This document shows, piece after piece, positions 19,293 through 24,268 of a stretch of 24,268 nt of DNA (the stretch's first letter is position 1; the number at the start of each line of letters is the position of its first letter). The translations under genes were made by a program, and so were the position numbers. The stretch is from Octopus sinensis (taxonomy: Eukaryota), in NCBI RefSeq assembly GCF_006345805.1, contig NW_021836377.1:1-24268 (forward strand), written 5' to 3'. The notes under the pieces are model-generated. The model was not told the origin of the DNA. It was given only the letters and a program-made list of their open reading frames with translations, and did not search any database.

Positions 19293-19365
19293 AGGGAGTG
19301 AGAAGGAGAGAGAGAGAGAGAGAGTCAGTATACACATGCAAATATATTTACATGCAGAAGTGCAT

Positions 19366-19409
<44 letters not shown>

Positions 19410-19475
19410 ATGCCAAAACTTTGTATCAATGTTTACACGAGTTCTAACTAGTGTTTGTCTTATCTTTACAGCTGT

Positions 19476-19512
<37 letters not shown>
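19095..19512. repeat. Mixed (GT)/(CA)/(GA) microsatellite cluster
   Basis: Visible directly in the sequence. Confidence 0.9.
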
Positions 19513-19515
<3 letters not shown>

Positions 19516-19535
19516 ATACATATTCATAATACATA

Positions 19536-19952
19536 GAGTGGCTGTGTGGTAAGTAGCTTGCTTACCAACCACATGGTTCCGAGTTCAGTCCCACTGCGTG
19601 GCACCTTGGGCAAGTGTCTTCTACTATAGCCTTTGGCCGACCAAAGCCTTGTGAGTGGATTTGGTAGACGGAAACTGAAAGAAGCTCGTCGTATATATGT
19701 ATGTATATATATATATATGTGTGTGTGTATGTGCGTGTATGTTTGTGCGTCTGTGTATGTCCCCCTAGCATTGCTTGACAACCGATGCTGGTGTGTTTAT
19801 GTCCCCGTCACTTAGCGGTTCGGCAAAATAGACCGATAGAATAAGTACTGGGCTTACAAAGAATAAGTCCTGGGGTCGAGTTGCTCGATTAAAGGTGGTG
19901 CTCCAGCATGGCCGCAGTCAAATGACTGAAACAAGTAAAAGAGTAAAAGAGT
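19536..19952 (+). mobile_element. SINE family A, near full length
   Basis: Head, internal microsatellite and gtaaaagagtaaaagag tail are present. Confidence 0.85.
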
Positions 19953-20294
<342 letters not shown>

Positions 20295-20990
20295 ATAGAA
20301 GCTCTTGTGTTAAAGCAAAGGCTCAGATGGAGTGGTCATCTGGTCAGAATGAAGGATTCAAGGATGCCAAAATAACTCTTTTATGGAGAGTTAGCTAAAG
20401 GAGAACGACCTCCACATAAACCAAAAAAGAGGTATAAGGAGTTGCTGAAGACTTCCTTAAGAGATGCTTGAGTCTCTCCTGACATATGGGAAGGCATAGC
20501 TATTGATTGTAGCAGGCGGAGAAGGACTGTGCATGAGGGGACAGCTACTTTTGAGAAATCTCGAGTTGCGCATGAGAAAGTAAGGAGGTATGTCAGGAAG
20601 GGCATCGCTGTTACACTGCCAGAAGGGAAGGGTCTTCCTTTGATTCTGACATGCAATGTCTGTGCAAGACCCTGCCTCAGTAAAGCTGGACTCATGAGTC
20701 ATCTTCGTAGTCATAAAACGAGACAGATGAGTGACAACCTGGCCACTGGTGTGGTGTAACACACCATACTAATCATATCTGTCGGGCATGTGGAAGAGAG
20801 TGTAATTCGGCAGAGGACTTAAACGACATGCAAAGGTCATGAAGCCCAGTTACAACCACCAACAGCCGGCTATTACCAGTAAAGGTTTCAGTTGCCAATT
20901 TTGTACAAGACATTGTAGATCTTTAGCTGGGCTAAAAAGTCACATTCGATCACAGCACCAGTAACAGTTAAGCTTCGTGCAATGGCCATA
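20295..20990 (+). mobile_element. RTE-clade LINE 3' fragment (degenerate ORF C-terminus with three C2H2-type fingers)
   Basis: [37 protein letters not shown]...KKRYKELLK.SL matches the RTE-type LRW.GH..RM...R.PK...YGEL signature. There are in-frame stops at 20373 and 20469 and two inferred 1-bp deletions. Confidence 0.85.
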
Positions 20991-21892
20991 CTCGATAACG
21001 ATTATATTAATTTGTGTTACTTTACAAAAAGTCAATAATGTTAATACCAATACCGTTATCAATAACAATAATGTTATCAATATCAATATTCTTACTACTA
21101 ATAACATCATTACTAATAAAACAATACATATATCACACAATTAACAACATAGTAGCAACACTGAAGACCAATAAATACCACCATAGTATTATTCAAGGCA
21201 AATAGATATTATGTATTAGCTTTGTTGGGTACTTCTCTAGCAGTATATTGGATATATGTTATCCCATGGAGGGTTGAATTTACAACCATTATCTCATTTT
21301 ATATATATATATATATATATATATGGATAAGATCGTTAATTTAAATTAAATATCGATCTTATCAAGTGGCCAGCATGGGAATAAAAACCTTCAAAGGTAA
21401 TAATTATTATTAAAATTATAATTTAGGGTACCTACGAGATACCGCCATGCTGAAAATAGCAGCCAAAATCTGACTCTAAAACCACATTAATGTATGTATA
21501 TATATACATATATATATACATATATATATACATATATAAATAGACACATTCATGTTAGTATGAGTGAGTAGGGGTGAGTAAGAGGAGAGGGAATAGATTG
21601 AGGGTTGCAATTAGCAAGAAGAAGGAGGCTGAAAAAAAAAAAGAAAAGCAAGAAAACAAAGAGAAAATGTTAAGAACGGGAAAAAAAAGGCGTAGTTGAA
21701 AGAAGGTTAAAATAAAAAGCAAAAAGAAAAAGAAAAAAAAACAGGTGGTAGTAAATGTGGGAGCTTAAATAGTATGAGAGGTGGAGGAATTGAGGAAGAA
21801 GGCGAGCAAATGGCAAATGCAGTGAAAATATCATCAGAGTTATTATATTTTGGTACTGCCATGGTCTCTTAGCATAGCATCCTTACTTTCTT

Positions 21893-21949
21893 TCACTCTC
21901 TCTCTTTCTCACACATTCTCTCTCTCTCTCTCTCTCTCCCTCTCTCTCC

Positions 21950-22000
<51 letters not shown>
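21893..22000. repeat. (CT)n microsatellite
   Basis: Visible directly in the sequence. Confidence 0.9.
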
Positions 22001-22003
<3 letters not shown>

Positions 22004-22154
22004 TTCCACTCTTGTCGCGCTAAACCATTTCTCTGCTAAGGCAGAAAAGGCGTGGGAAACCATTTCTTTCAGTCTCTTGAAATACTGTTTGTTCTTAGCT
22101 GTCGTCGTCTGGTTTATCGGCCACGAACTAAATTGGTGTTTCATTGAAATGTAT

Positions 22155-22318
22155 AAAAAGCAGACGACCGACCAAGCAGTCGCTACTCACTCACCCTACA
22201 TCTTCTCACTCACTCACTCACTCACTCACTCTCTCTTACTCACACACACACACTCTCTCTTTATTTTTGTTTTACTCTCTCACTCGACGATGGCACCAAA
22301 TTTCTTCTCTGTTATCCG

Positions 22319-22372
<54 letters not shown>

Positions 22373-22728
22373 AAATACTGCTGCAGCTAAACTAAGTCGT
22401 TAGTATAAAATCCTACCGGTGGTTTGCATTAAAAAAAAAAAGCCAAGTGGGGCCAGTGCCATGCATTTGAGCAACATAGACAAATGGTCGTTTGAAACAT
22501 CAGTGCCAAGCATTTGAGCAACATTTGAGCAACATAGAGCAACATAGACAAATGGTCGTTTGAAAAAGCAGACGACCGGCCAAGCAGTCGCTACTCACTC
22601 ACCCTACATCTTCTCTCTCTCACTCACTCACTCATTCACTCACTTTCTCTACTCACACATACACTCTCTCTCTCTCTTTATTTTTGTTTTACTCTCTCAC
22701 TCGACGATGGCACCAAATTTCCTCTCTG
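22155..22728 (+). repeat. Direct repeats of about 160 bp (22155-22311 and 22563-22728) separated by (CA)n and nested short duplications
   Basis: aaaaagcagacgaccg.ccaagcagtcgctactcactcaccctacatc...tcgacgatggcaccaaattt occurs twice. cagtgcca.gcatttgagcaacatagacaaatggtcgtttgaaa occurs at 22454 and 22501. Confidence 0.85.
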
Positions 22729-22768
22729 ATACTGTTTTTCTATATACAGTTGATGGTGTAATTTGTCA

Positions 22769-23432
22769 GGCATGCAGTGAGCGGACGCCTGCTACTGATA
22801 AAGCGCTTGCATGCAGAACTCAGGTGATCTTGCAGTTCCATTATCCATGCTAGATGATTCTTGTTTACTAGCGATAAATCTGTGATTCTTAACACTTTAC
22901 ATTTATATGAGACTAGCAGTATCGCCCGGCGTTGCTCGGGTTTGTAAGGGAAATAACTATAAAGCATTTTTAGAGAGTTATAGCCAAAAAATAGCAAAAA
23001 AATGCATTAAAAATGGGAAAAAAAATGGTAAATTTTTTTTAAATCGTTGACTCATCGTAGACATTTTTAGAGAGTTACTTCCCTTTAAAAAAATATGCAT
23101 TAAAATGGAAAAAAATGATGGTAAATTATTTTTAAAATCGTAGACTCATCGTAGACGCGCGCTAATACACAGAAGGGTTCGATATGAATCACGACTATAA
23201 GATACCCGGTTTTGGTTAAACTGCACCGCAAAATGTGGGAGTAGTTAGGAATCTAAATCGTAGGAGACAGACAACACACAACCTCACTTTTATATATAAA
23301 GATAACCTCTCAAAGCGAATATCGCAGTCATACGACGCCTCACAATACATCCACGTTGAGTACCATTTAAAGATCATCTGATTTCAGCGTATATGCGCTT
23401 TATCAGTGGCAGGCGTCCGCTCACTACGTGCC
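22769..23432. mobile_element. MITE-like element with 63-bp TIRs, interrupted by a Helitron
   Basis: 22769-22831 versus the reverse complement of 23370-23432 is 53/63 identical by hand alignment. The flanks are tca and taa. Confidence 0.8.
22913..23302 (-). mobile_element. Non-autonomous Helitron (390 bp)
   Basis: The minus strand starts TC(tttatatataaaag) and ends with the hairpin cccgagcaacgccggg, 8 nt, then CTAG. It is inserted between A and T with no TSD, and has an internal tandem duplication of about 100 bp. Confidence 0.85.
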
Positions 23433-23433
23433 T

Positions 23434-23556
23434 AAGAGACCGATAGAATAAGTACTAGGTTTACAAAGAATAAGTCCTGGGGTCAATTTGTTCGACTAAA
23501 GGCGGTGCTCCAGCATGGCGCAGTCAAATGACTGAAACAAGTAAAAGAATAAAAGA
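23434..23556 (+). mobile_element. SINE family A, 3' end only
   Basis: agagaccgatagaataagtact...gactgaaacaagtaaaagaataaaaga. Confidence 0.8.
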
Positions 23557-23764
23557 ACTTCAAGCTTTAGGTTTCTAAGAATAAAGAGGACCCCTTATAC
23601 TTGGCCCTTTAACGAAGCTTGAAGGCCTCCAGTGCCTGGTCCCCACCTAAGGTTGTGGGCCTCAGGGCCAAGATCCACATTGGCCCGTGCATAAATCCGG
23701 CCTTGGGTCTAAGCATACATTCTTTCATTGCATTCTATAATTGATTGATATCAAATTTCCATGG

Positions 23765-24268
23765 CAAATTCCGCCGAGGTCGACTTTCATCTTTCCGTGG
23801 TCGATAAAAATAAGTACCAGTTGTGCACTGGGTCGATGTAATCGACTTGCCCCCTCTTCCGACTTTACCCCCTTGTACCAAAACTTGAAACCGATATTAA
23901 ATCTTCGAAGGCGGCGAGCTGGTAGAATCGTTATCACGTCGGGCGAAATGCTTAGCGGTATTTCGTCTACCGTTACGTTCTGAGTTCAAATTCCGCCGAG
24001 GTCGACTTTACCTTTCATCCTTTCGGGGTCGATGAAATAAGTACCAGTTACGCACTGGGGTCGATATAAACGACTTAATCCGTTTGTCTGTTCTTGTTTG
24101 TCCCCTCTGTGTTTAGCCCCTTGTGAGTAGTAAAGAAATAGGTATTTCGTCCGCCACTGCGTTTTGAGTTAAAAATTCCGCCGAGGTCGACTTTACCTTT
24201 CATCCTTTCGGGGTCGATAAATTAAGTACCAGTGACGCACTGGGATCGATGTAATCGACTTAATCCGT
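23765..24268 (+). mobile_element. SINE family C: a truncated copy, then a headed multimer (head at 23909, units at 23982 and 24166) running off the window
   Basis: ggcggcgagctggtagaatcgtta...gagttcaaattccgccgaggtcgac with a 184-bp period. Confidence 0.85.

Noticed and set aside
14991-19781. Long low-complexity ORFs (e.g. 16909..17946, 17030..18532, 18799..19341)
   Set aside because: They are translations of microsatellites and polypyrimidine tracts (YI, CV, LS, TH runs).
23575-23710. Possible DNA-transposon end (taaatccggccttg)
   Set aside because: No partner inverted repeat or TSD is present in the window.

Overview
AT-rich, repeat-saturated animal genomic DNA. The SINE and microsatellite content resembles octopus/cephalopod genomes (an inference from recalled repeat families, not a database hit). 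The only host gene I can support is the 3' end of a FANCM-like gene on the + strand: three GT-AG exons (3197-3291, 5743-5837, 7199-7295) splice in frame to encode the end of an ERCC4-like domain plus the tandem HhH domain, followed by AATAAA at 7341. The rest is mobile DNA and repeats. (1) A nearly intact, 5'-truncated CR1-clade LINE on the - strand (about 8752-12100) with an ORF1 C-terminus and an APE-RT ORF2 broken by one extra base. (2) A second CR1 3' fragment, an RTE-like 3' fragment ending in three C2H2-type fingers, and a decayed mariner transposase. (3) A non-autonomous Helitron nested in a TIR element, and a TIR element with a GC-rich core inside a FANCM intron. (4) Many tRNA-type SINEs. 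(5) A 98-bp hairpin-forming tandem array of about 17.5 copies with a 6-monomer higher-order duplication. (6) Extensive microsatellites, which produce most of the ORFs in the supplied track. I found no prokaryotic-type system (CRISPR or operon) and cannot demonstrate a new biological system. The best leads are the 98-bp array, the ATG-less near-intact LINE and the multi-finger RTE tail.
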